From Antedon mediterranea (taxonomy: Eukaryota > Animalia > Echinodermata), in the NCBI RefSeq assembly GCF_964355755.1, contig NC_092675.1, positions 10,349,812-10,413,811 of the forward strand: a stretch of 64,000 nucleotides of DNA, given 5' to 3'. Under the pieces are notes generated by a model that ran no database searches, had not been told where the DNA came from, and saw nothing but the letters and a program-made list of their open reading frames with translations. Below are positions 26,718 through 38,400 of the stretch, one piece after another (the first letter of the stretch is position 1; every line of letters begins with the position of its first letter). The translations under genes were made by a program, and so were the position numbers.

Positions 26718-28018
26718 ACGGATAAAAATATGTACCTGCTCCCTAGCAGTTGTCACCCCCCGACACTGTACTAAAAACATACCGTACAGTCAAGCATTAC
26801 GTATCAGACGTATCTGTTCTTCAGATTTAGATTTTCAGAATCGTACCGAAGAACTAACCGGACATCTCCGGAATAGAAATTACAAGAAGGAATACATCGA
26901 AACTGCTATAAAGAAAGCAAAAGATATTCCTCGATGTCAAACACTGACGTACAAACCACGTCAGCCAAAAAAATCGACCAGAGAGCCATTGGTCACAACC
27001 TACCCCCCTAGGTTGCCTCCATTACGGGCTATTATTGAGAAACATATGCCCATTCTACAGTCCACAGAACGTCTCAGGACTGTTTTCCGGAACCACCCAT
27101 TATTGCATTTCGTAGACCTCCCAACCTTCGTGATATATTAGTCAGATCCAAATTTAAGAGTGAAATTAACTCTCATGACAGCCAAAATTTGGGCAGTCAC
27201 CTTTGCGGCAAATCTTGCAAAACTTGTTCATTGGTTGATTCTACTGAAAAATTTGAGAGTAACCAAACTGGCCGCATTTTTCGGATAAGACAATCAATTA
27301 ATTGTCTAACCAAAAACGTCATTTATCTCATATACTGTAATATTTGTAGCAAACAGTACGTCGGAGAAACAAAAAACACTCTCCGTATAAGAATGACACA
27401 ACATAGATCAGCTATCAAAACATTAAAGCTTGATCAACCTGTAGCCGAACATTTTAATTCAGCTGGTCACTCGATTGCAAATTTCAGAGTTATTGCAATA
27501 GACCACGATGTCAAATGGAGCGACAAAACTCGCAAAGACAAAGAAAAAACCACTGGGAATTACTACTTAAAACCACAAAACCTTTTGGACTTAACATTAG
27601 GAACATACTCCCAGATCGGTAAAATTATTCCATTGACTACCAAAATTTAAGTTTCAATATTAACCACCATTTAAGCTGTTTTTTAGTCTCATTCCAAAAT
27701 TGTTTATATCTCTGATCTACCAAGCTACCTTCTTTGTTTTCCACTCTTATTCAGACTCCACCCTGGCTGCCTTTGTTATATTTCTTTTATTCCTGTCCAC
27801 CAGGCAGCACTTGCCAGCTTTATACTATGACGTTATCCAAATTCCTTCACTTGCACTGATGAAGGGCTAGTGTTGCCCGAAAGCTCTGCTAACTTTTCTG
27901 GCTGTTTACTTTATCGTTTTGATTTAGCTTTTCGCTTTTTATTTTTCTATCTCCATTGAGATCCAGCCACTGATACCCACAGCATTGTCATTTTTTTCAG
28001 TAATTTTCCTTTGGATTT
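26718..28018 (+). mobile_element. Penelope-like element copy 1 (RT C-terminus + GIY-YIG endonuclease + 3' tail)
   Basis: NIPYSQALRIRRICS, NVIYLIYCNICSKQYVGETK...RMTQHRS...VAEHFN; begins and ends in (TA)-rich tracts. Confidence 0.9.
27852..27890 (+). ncRNA. Minimal type I hammerhead ribozyme motif in PLE tail
   Basis: GCA-CTGATGA-A-GGGC(tagtgtt)GCCC-GAAA-GC-TC-TGC. Confidence 0.7.
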
Positions 28019-28724
28019 ATATATGTATTTCTATATATATGCGTGTGAATGTATTGATACTATGGTGAAGATAATTTGGAATCTTTTCTTCTCAATATTA
28101 ATTCAGCCCACCCAACTATCAAATTTACAGCTACCAAATCCACTAGTAGGGTTGATTTTTTGGACACTATAGTGACCATAGAAAATGGTACACTCAAAAC
28201 TGACCTATTCCGTAAACCCACGGATAAAAATATGTACCTGCTCCCTAGCAGTTGTCACCCTCGACACTGTACTAAAAACATACCGTACAGTCAAGCATTA
28301 CGTATCAGACGTATCTGTTCTTCAGATTTAGATTTTCAGAATCGTACCGAAGAACTAACCGGACATCTCCGGAATAGAAATTACAAGAAGGAATACATCG
28401 AAGGTTGCCTCCATTACGGGCTATTATTGAGAAACATATGCCCATTCTACAGTCCACAGAACGTCTCAGGACTGTTTTTCCGGAACCACCATTATTGCAT
28501 TTCGTAGACCTCCCAACCTTCGTGATATATTAGTCAGATCCAAATTTAAGAGTGAAATTAACTCTCATTACAGCCAAAATTTGGGCAGTCACCTTTGCGG
28601 CAAATCTTGCAAAACTTGTTCATTGGTTGATTCTACTGAAAAATTTGAGAGTAACCAAACTGGCCACATGTTTCGGATAAGACAATCAATTAATTGTCTA
28701 ACCAAAAACGTCATTTATCTCATA

Positions 28725-30029
28725 CTAGCAATTATACCCGCCCCAGGGCGGGTTTCAAAATTAGTTTGCAGCCTTCTCAGTACATAACACCCGACGCCAG
28801 TATCTGTGTATACTCACCAACCTCCACCCCTCTTCAATAACACCCCATACTCTATCTTAAAAACAAATTCTTCCCAGTGATGGAAAAATTCAATTCAACC
28901 TAAGCTTCGAATTGAGAGGAGTATGTATAGCTACGATGGGTCTAATAATGGTTGAAGTACGTTGTAAATTGTGTAAATGAATAGGTATCATATTGGCTGA
29001 TAATTAAAATATGTAATTTAGATACTGCGGTCCACCAGCCTTCTTTCTCCTTTCACCACCCCAGCCACATCAACAAACCTTAACTCCTCCCCTGGGTGAT
29101 GTGTTGAAGCCGGTTCCAGTACAAATTATGTTATTATCACTCCCAACCCATAATCCCTCAGTGGCAGTTTTCAAATATAGTTTAAAACATTCCAAACACA
29201 GTTTCGGGCATGGTGATAGGCCTACATCCCCACCCCAAACTCCCATCCGCTTCCCAGGGATGATTAAATACTTTAACATTTTCCAACAATTCTGGTGTAA
29301 GCAAAATCCTATCTCCCAACCCCACTCTCCCACAATTGACGTTTTTTTCTTGGAGGATTGGTGATGTAGTTTGAACACAGTAACAGTAAACAACATGTGT
29401 ATGTTCACACACGTATGGATGTCTGTAATGAGACAATCCAAGAGACCGATACATAGCTGGATATGGATAAAGTACTTCGCTAAATGTGTAATTGAATAGG
29501 TGTCATATTGGTTAATGAATAAAATATGTATATCTATATCTATATTTCCCCAAACGCCTTGCTGAGGATAATTCAAATACTGTAAAACTTTTGTAGTATA
29601 TATTTTACAATTCGATAGCCTACAACCCCGAGCCCTAGCAAAAATGTGACATCACAAACCACCACACCACCCACCCCTCCCACAAAAACCCCAGGAGTCG
29701 GGGGAATTTTTTTTAATGTAGTTTAAAACCTTCCGGGTACAATTGCCATCATTTTGATACCCCATACGTATGGTTACGTGCAGAAACAGAAATTTGTATA
29801 ACGAACAAACATCGAAAGTGGGGGTTTTGACCACATTTTGGTCCCTAACTTGGATCCTAGGTGGCGGATGATGTTGAAATATAGCTTAGAACATTCCCGG
29901 TACAATTGCGGTCATTTTGATACCCCATATGTAAGATTATGTGCAGTAACAAAAATTTGTATAACGAACAAACAAACAAACAGACAGACAAACAGACAGA
30001 CAGACAAACTCTCTCACTTATAATATAGA
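28725..30029 (-). mobile_element. Non-autonomous Helitron
   Basis: 5'-TC...CTAG-3' inserted between A and T with no TSD (empty site CATATACTGT in PLE copy 1), GC hairpin ACCCGCCC-CAG-GGCGGGT near 3' end, (GTCT)n near 5' end. Confidence 0.9.
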
Positions 30030-30554
30030 TACTGTAATATTTGTGGCAAACAGTACGTCGGAGAAACAAAAACACTCTCCGTATGAGAATGACACAACAT
30101 AGATCAGCTATTAAAACATTAAAGCTTGATCAACCTGTAGCCGAACATTTTAACTCAGCTGGTCACTCGATTGCAAATTTCAGAGTTATTGCAATAGACC
30201 ACGATGTCAAATGGAGCGACAAAACTCGCAAAGACAAAGAAAACCACTGGGAATTACTACTTAAAACCACAAAACCTTTTGGACTTAACATTAGGAACAT
30301 ACTCCCAGATCGGTAAAATTATTCCATTGACTACCAAAATTTAAGTTTCAATATTAACCCCCATTTTAGCTTTTTTTAGTTCCATTCCAAAATTGTTTAT
30401 ACCTCTACCAAGCTACCTTCTTTGTTTTCTACTCTTATTCAGTCTCCACCCACCATTCAACACGCTGTTTCTATTGTTATATTTCTTTTATTCCTGTCTA
30501 CCCAGGCAGCACTTGCCAACTCATATGCTATGACTTTATCCAAATTCCCTCACT

Positions 30555-30592
30555 TGCACTGATGAAGGGCTAGTGTTGCCCGAAAGCTCTAA
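30555..30592 (+). ncRNA. Second hammerhead motif copy, stem I 3' strand deleted
   Basis: Same core and stem II but lacks TGC after the cleavage site. Confidence 0.5.
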
Positions 30593-33226
30593 CTTTTCTG
30601 GCTGTTTACTTTATCGTTTTGATTCAGCTTTTCGCTTATTTTTTTGTATCTCCATTGAGATCCAGCCACTGATACCCACAGCATTGTCATTTTTTTCAGT
30701 AATTTGCCTTTGGATTTATATATATATATACAAATATATAAACTGAAAGACACACAAATTATAAATAAGTTAACAAACGTTTCATAAGTAAACAACTTTT
30801 TTTTAATTAAATATGCAATACATTTTGTAATAGATAACATAACAAAAAATATGCAATGTAAACATATATGGGACTCTGTAATTGTTGTTTATGTAACATT
30901 GAATGAATAAAGGGGGTGGTTAACAAAAGATAAAAAAAAAAACTATTTCACCTCAAACTTTAAAACCGTGGTACAGTATATCTACTCATTTGGCTGACCT
31001 GTGTGTTGTCATCTGTTCTTTCTCTACAATGAGCAATAAATAAACGGGGTCTTATTGGTTACATTAAGCGTGTGACTCTGATTGACCATTCTTGGGATCA
31101 AAGCTGAATCTTTCAATGATGTTGAGGCAACGCGTCGCAAACAGTTTGCTTCGTTGCGCTATTAATAGTAGCTTTGATCTGCAGTACAAGATGGTCCTCC
31201 TACTGTCTAAAAAAGGCGGGACAAACAGCATCTGTATGTATAGTATAATAGTTAATTTATTTGAATTAACAATGTACTGTAGTTTGTTTATTATCAGCAT
31301 TGCTACTAACCCGCCTCTCAAAAAAACGAATCTATTAGGACTTATAAAATCAATTACGCCATTTTTTTCACAATTATAGAATTGTAAATTAATCTGTCTC
31401 GAACATTAAACAAAAATAATCGCAAATAATTTATTGAAATAGATTAAAAATAATTTACATTCTGCTCTTTCAATTCAACTTTAATTATCTCCCAACACAG
31501 TATTGTAATTAAAACCAAGTAAATAATTTGAATTAGCAGAATATGCGTTTGTTTATTACCAAAAGTGTTACCAATCAATCTCTCAAAATATAGTCAATAG
31601 GCGTTGTTATGCAATACATTTTTTGTTGTTGAAATAGCAACGTATAATATCAATAACATTGTTGATGTTTGGATGTAAAATTGATTTGATTTCTAATCTG
31701 CATAAATACAAAACGAAAAATACAAACATAAAGGGATTAGACAGCGATGTATATTTTTCATTTCTCACAAAAAAAAAGTTGGTTGTAAAACACCAATCTT
31801 TTAAAATTACGATTTAACGACAACATCCCTTTTCTCTAAAAACTGTGCAAATAATTCACATGGCTAGGCTAAGTGATGACGCCTTTTTTAGTTACACAAT
31901 ATGTTTATACATATTTCAACAAAGAATTAAGATATTTATCCCAGATCTGAAACATTTAAATTATTGTCTCGGCACAAATACAAAAAAAGTACTTGAAAAG
32001 AAATGCTTTCTTTATTCTGTGTATAGTAATCGCCTAAACTGTAAATGTGAATGTCTTAACAGCTATCTATATTGAGAATATAAATTTGCATTTCTATAAT
32101 ATGCAAGTTTATTTTCTTTCAACGGTGAACAGGAACGTCATCAAAGTATGTTTAAAAAAAAAACAACAAAAAACATCACAATTTATAATATCTATCTATA
32201 GCAAGTAAATAAGAGAAAGCAGAAAACACATCAAATATGTGAAGTTAGAAGATAGGCCTACTATTCTAAAATACAAAAAAAAAACACCAATTACAAATAA
32301 AAAAATTATATTTAGTCATTGCTGGGTATCTATGTAACCATACTCTAAAATTGATTTGTAAATGTACATAAAATGCTGTATAGTTAAACATTTCAATTGA
32401 TGTATACACAAACAAAAATCTACAGCACTGTTAATGCAAAAGCAAGAAAACCATTATATTTGTTTTAATATTAAAAGACACAAAATGTATAGTATTTTAA
32501 GCAAGAATATTTTAACTTCATACAACCCCAAAGAACACAATCTGTAAAATTTCTACTATCCTATAAAAAAAATAAAAAAAGAATCTCACACGTTATTCAA
32601 TTTAAAATTCTTTCAAAACAACCCCATTATTAAAATTAATAAATGCTAATAGTTATTTCATTTTTTGGAAAAAAAATAAAAAATCTTGTAAATATTCATT
32701 TATATTTAAATTCATCTGGTTGTTGTGAATTGTATTGAAGCATAACAAGAATATCAATTATTAAAACTAGTCAATCATAAACATTAACAATATCAACACA
32801 TGGCACCATAAAAATACTACAATTACCTCAAAAGATTATATTTATAGTTTGCCTTAAAGAGAAGGTGATACATCAACTTAAACCTTAAAACCATTTAGCG
32901 TTTATTCAAATTCAAATCTAGAACAGCTCTAGAGATGAAGTCCAAGAATCACAGAAATGAGCTTAAAAGCAATACAAGTACTTCTACACTTGAAGTAGAT
33001 ATAGGGAAAAAGTTTGTTTTAACCGCACTAAACTTTTAGATCATATGCCTTGTCCAGTCTAAGTATTTGGTCAACTTAGGCCAAGATAAAATATTTCTAT
33101 TGCAGCATTATTAATAAAAAGCTCTAGAATTTTATTACAATTTACTACACAAGGACTAGAACATTCTTGGCTTATGACAACATACTATGTTGGACAACAA
33201 CTGTTAGTTAACCTAACATTTGGCTA

Positions 33227-33845
33227 TTACTGCATTTCTTGTTGGTTAGTTTGATAGCCTCCCCCTGTGTTTTGATAGTAGGTACCTGCTGTTGTTGTAT
33301 AGTTATGCTGTGGAGCTTGGTATGGATTGCGATTTGTAGTTTGACTTCTCACTTGTTGTCCTTCTACCCCAGTGTAAGCCACATACGTATTATGTTGATG
33401 TTGACCAACCCACGGTTGAGAGGTGTAAACAATTGATGTGGGTGTGGAGAAGGACTCCCAATATCCTGGTTGAGTCTTACCAATATCACTACCTCCAGCC
33501 ACAGACATTGCTTGGAACCCATGTAGATTTTGTGGCGAGCCAGACAGTGCAGACATCTCCCTAAATGGCTCATTAAAACTTTGTACATTCGCTAAAGTGG
33601 AACGAGGAGGGGTTGAAGGGAATAGGTAGGTATCTTGTCTTGAGTAGGCTGTTGCATCTTGACGTAAGCCTTGGAACTGAGGTAGATCGTAAACTGTCTG
33701 TTGAAAGGAGGTTTGTTGAGCTTGTTGCTGCTGGGTTTGGCTACTCTGTGGAGATGCTGGTGGAGTGGGTTCACGTGGTAACCAAAGCGAGGAAGTGGTT
33801 TGTGATTGATTTGTCTGACCTAAATCCTGTTGCCAAGCTGCAACT
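33227..33845 (-). CDS. TUT4/7: TUT4/7-like last coding exon
   Basis: Open frame from acceptor 33846-33847 to TAA ending at 33227. Confidence 0.75.
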
Positions 33846-35378
33846 CTAAATTGAAATAAAGTATTAAATTAGATTCAAGTGAAAGAAAATACAATTAAAT
33901 TGATTGATAAAATGAAGTGATTTACATCTTTGTAATGAATGCTAATAAAGCAAACACTCAACTTTCACAATTCAAATGCTATCTTTAAATGTGAAAGTAA
34001 TGTCAATACTGCATTAAGAGCAGCACTAGTAGCTAAATTTCATATGTACTTTAAGGTTTAGAGAATTTGTTGAGGGTGATTAATCATTCTTGGTTTGGTC
34101 ACACATTTTGTTGTGGTGAAAGGTCAAAGGTCATGGTGAAATTATACAGTGCTGTGGGTACAATGTCATTCTTTAAAATAATTAGCCATAGCCATGTCCG
34201 AGCTTTAAACTTTTAGGCTTGTGTATTAAGGCTACTGAATATTATCCATAGTAGATTTAATTGTAAAATCAAACGCTAAACAACCAAGCAATGGCTATAC
34301 ATAACGCAAAATGTATCCAAAAGAAATATACAACTTGTTTTAAGATAATTATTGATGGAAAAAGGATTAAATTCAAGATTCAAGACATTTTATTGGTCCA
34401 CTTAATAGTTAAAGACAACAGGATTTAAATTTTTAAATACTCCAAGTAAAAATTGATGTCTGTGGTTTTGAGAAAAGCAGTGTTCAGTCTCTTAAAAGAA
34501 AAAATGCATGCTGCTAAATACCAGTAATCCCTGGTACTAAACTACTTTTGGAGAAAAATAAAGAAAATTGATTGTGTTAAAACCTTGAAGTCTGAGGCTG
34601 CTGATGAAGTCTTTCAATCCCTCCAGGTGCCCTGTTATCATTTGCAGGTTCTCCCCATGGTACCGATGACTGTCTTGTGTTACTCTGCCACAGGTTCGTG
34701 CCAGTTCTGTTGGGTTGTTCAGTTATGTTTGATGTATCATATGAAATACCAGCAGCCTGTTGTTGGTAAGCACTTGGTGATACAGTATTTCCCCCACTGC
34801 TTCTTTGCGGACTAGGTGGTGGAGTTTGCGGAGAGCCAATTCCAGGATGGTTTCCAGTCGGAATACGGACAGGTTGACTTTGGAGGTTGGAATTGGTATA
34901 CACTTGAGATTGTCTAGAAAAAAAGTTATAACTTTTTTAATACTATTTAATAAAATGTAAAATACACGAATAATTGAAATTCTACAATAGGTCTTAAGGA
35001 ATAAAGAAGAGGCAGACAAAAAAAACCCAATAGGTAGACAACATCATCAAATGGACTGGAAAATCCTCCTCAGAAAGAGATGCTGGCACATAATCAAGAT
35101 TTCTCGAGGGAACTTTTGAAATTTTCAATTTCGAAAAGAATCTACAACCACAATATGGGTTTAATAGAGCCGGAATAACATTAATCAAATAATAGTAATT
35201 GTACAATGTTATAACTTACATTGTATTGTTCCAACGTTGATCAGTTGAGTGGCCACCCCATTGTTGTGGACTGGACTGTTTAGGCATTTCCCATTGCAAA
35301 CCTGCCTGGTGTTGTTGCTGTTGTTGAGCTTGTTGTTGAGCTTGTTGTTGAGGTTGCTGTTGCTGATGTGAAAATGTT

Positions 35379-35410
<32 letters not shown>

Positions 35411-38400
35411 CTGAGAGTTCCACTGCTGAATATTAAACTGTAGTTGTAACTGCTGTTGTTGGGTTAATTGAGATACATCAGGTCTTGCCTGTTCCTGGCG
35501 TGACTGTGACTGAAATCCTCTTTGCTCTAAACTGCTTGTTTCATTTTGTACACCAGTAACTTGATCTTTCTGGAATGCTGCTGAAATGTGCTGCTGCTGT
35601 TGCTGCTGCTGTAATAATGCATTTTGCTGCTGATGTTGCGCCATTTGCTGCTGTTGGAAATTACTAATAAAGGAAAGCTGAAGTTGTGTTAAGCCCTGAA
35701 GTTTCTTTTGTTGTTGGTGGTGATGCTGCTGCTGCTGCTGTTGGGGTTTTCTTGACAATGCTGATCTGGGTGGGCTCTGATTCATGGGTTTTGAAGACTT
35801 GGGTTGCTGATCAACCTTTGGCTGCATTTTGCTTGCCCAGTACGGCTTCACTTTAGCCTCTTCAGACATGGTATTAGTTGCTTTTAGTTTTGCAGAATTA
35901 TTAGTAGATTTATGCTGGTCTTCAATCTCTTTAGATAACTGAGAAATCATTTTTAAAAACTGCTGTTTTTCCTCAGGGGTTTGACCTTTGTGTGTAGATG
36001 CTGGTGGTTGCTGTTGGAACACACCACTCTTTTGGGGTCGGGGACCTCTAAGATTACCGGGTTGGCCAGAATAATTTGGTCTCCCTTTGATATCCTGATT
36101 TGGATTCTGCATTCGAGGCACTCCCTGTGAAGAAATATTTCTGATAAAGGGAATGTTTTGGTTCTTAGTGCGAGAGAAACCATGTCTTGGGCCAGATGTT
36201 GCATGCTGGTGAATAAGAGGCTGGACAGCAGCTGCTGGTTTTTTGTATGTTCCTTGTTTACCATCTAATTTCCCTCCAACATGCTCACTACCAAGACCTT
36301 TTGGCCCTCCCATAGCCCACTGCCCTTCAAGCGGTTTTATTTCCTGTGGTGCTTTTCCAAGGACAGGGAATGTTGGCGACGCTTGGGTAACCTTAGTTTT
36401 GTCTGGCATGTTCTTAGATTTTGCTGGAGACATCTGCGGTTTTGTTTCAATCTTCTTTGGTATTGTAGGTTTCTCATCTGGCTTTGTCTTGTGTTCTTGT
36501 TTGTGTTCCTTCCAACATTCACCAATTGTTTGCCTCAATTGTTGATACTGATGAGGAACATTGTGTGTTATTTGCACAGTAAGCTGTCTTGGATCTCCTG
36601 GTTTGTTGCTCTTGTTACCATTTCCAGGTAATGAAACTGACCTTTGATAATTTTTCAATTGTTGGTAATCTCTTCGATTCATATCTGCCTGTCGTTGATC
36701 TGTATTGTATAAAAACAATATAATAAATTTGTTTAACAGCAAATACTACTAGCAAATTAGAAATAATTTAAGTCAGTTTCTTAGATGACAAATTGCCAAT
36801 GAGTTAAACAATGTACACATGTCTGAATGTCTCCACATGTGCAAACAAACATGACTTAACTAGTTCCCTAGGTCATAACAAATCAAAAGCATAGGTCAAG
36901 CATTACTTTTGTCAACAAATCGCTGTTTTAAATCGGAGCATCCCAATTTTTAGGGTTTTTTTGGCATTCAAAATCGAGATAGTTGGCAGTAATGCACTGC
37001 ACAACTTAGTAAGGAATACTCTTTCTTATTTAACACTTAAAACATGGAAAAGTAAAATGAGGTGAACAAGTAGATACAAGGCAACAGGCATGGCAGAATT
37101 AGCAAGGAAAGACCCTGTTGAGCTTGACTCTAGTCTGACCTTGTGAAGAGAGGTATGTAGTGTTGCCTTGGCTGTGGTTTAAGTAATATTGATATGGCTG
37201 TTCTGTTCGATATAACTATACCATACCTGGATTTGATCGACTGAATTCCTGATGTCTATACCTCTCATTATCCTGGTTACCTTGACGTTGAATAAAGTCC
37301 TGTTGTCTGTAACGCTCGTCTTGGTTACCTGTCCTCTGATTGGGTGTCTTTCTATCACGTTTACGTGGACAGTCCTTCACAAAATGTCCAACACGTCCGC
37401 ACAAACGACACAAACGATCGTCAGGTGGTCCACAGCCATCAGTTAGTATATCCCCATTGAAAAATATGTTCTAAAATGAAATGAACTTGCATAACTATTG
37501 GCAGCATAATATTAGGAAATCATAACTATCAAACCAGTAAAAGCACCTGCTGCTACATATTATTTATTTTTTATTTAAAACATATTTACAGGATGAAAAT
37601 ATGGTATATGTAGCACTTGTTTTACATATGGTCCTGTTTTTAGAAATAATAGGTTAAAAAACACACATAAAAACACTTTAATTCTTGCTAATAAAACTGT
37701 AAAAATTACAAAAGAAAAAATTATATACATTGTTATAAAAGTAGGGATACATAAATTGTAATTGTTTGAAACATTTTTTGTTGCTTTTTAAAGAAAAAAT
37801 AAATGCAAGAATCTCCCATGGATAAACAAGCTGCCTGGTTAAAAAAAACCTTCAGTCAATCATTATTGAACCATTAAACAGGAATACTTACAAAGTCTTG
37901 GTTAAAAACATAATGCTGTTGTGGAAGATCAAAAGGTGTACCAAAGTGTTCTCTAGCCTTCTGGAATACCAGCATAATGAAAGAGTTCACTACATAAAAT
38001 AAGAATGATAAATTAATAATAATTATTATATTGTAGGACCACTATATCCATAAAGCATACAAACATTAAGCTCTGTCTAGACTATCAACATGTATGTGAC
38101 AAAAACATATGAGCATATGGACATATCACTCCCATATTTAAGCAAATCACTACCATATTTGGTACCACACTTTTCTGTCACAAAAAGTTTGAAAGTGTAG
38201 ACAGAGCTTTAAAACATGAATCAATACAGTTAATTCATTTTTTACCATTAAAAACACATTCCGGATACCAACCAGACTTTCTGGAAAACCAGACATATTT
38301 GTCTAGCCCAATTAAGGTGTCTAGAATTGGGAGAGTTGGCTGTATGTATATACTTATCAACATTAAACAGCTATATTGTGAATCATAAGCATATTTATGA

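Larger units (their letters stand above)
28066..30718 (+). mobile_element. Penelope-like element copy 2, internally deleted and interrupted by a Helitron
   Basis: HPTIKFT..FLD..TDLFRKPTD; near-identical to copy 1; GIY-YIG resumes at 30030. Confidence 0.9.
23831..30940 (+). mobile_element. 5'-truncated L1/Tx1-clade LINE (degenerate ORF2 ~23831-26400) with nested insertions in its 3' UTR
   Basis: KSPGSDG..EFY..FW, DFAKAFDSI, GVRQGCPL, QLADD, C-terminal CxxC..H...C; AATAAA at 30906 and A-tail; flanked by a 190-bp direct repeat. Confidence 0.85.

Noticed and set aside
29070-29576. 168-aa ORF in the Helitron as a captured gene
   Set aside because: No Rep/helicase or host-protein motifs recognised; overlaps internally repeated C-rich sequence.
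37076-37160. Functional rRNA locus
   Set aside because: Only ~85 bp, diverged, intronic.
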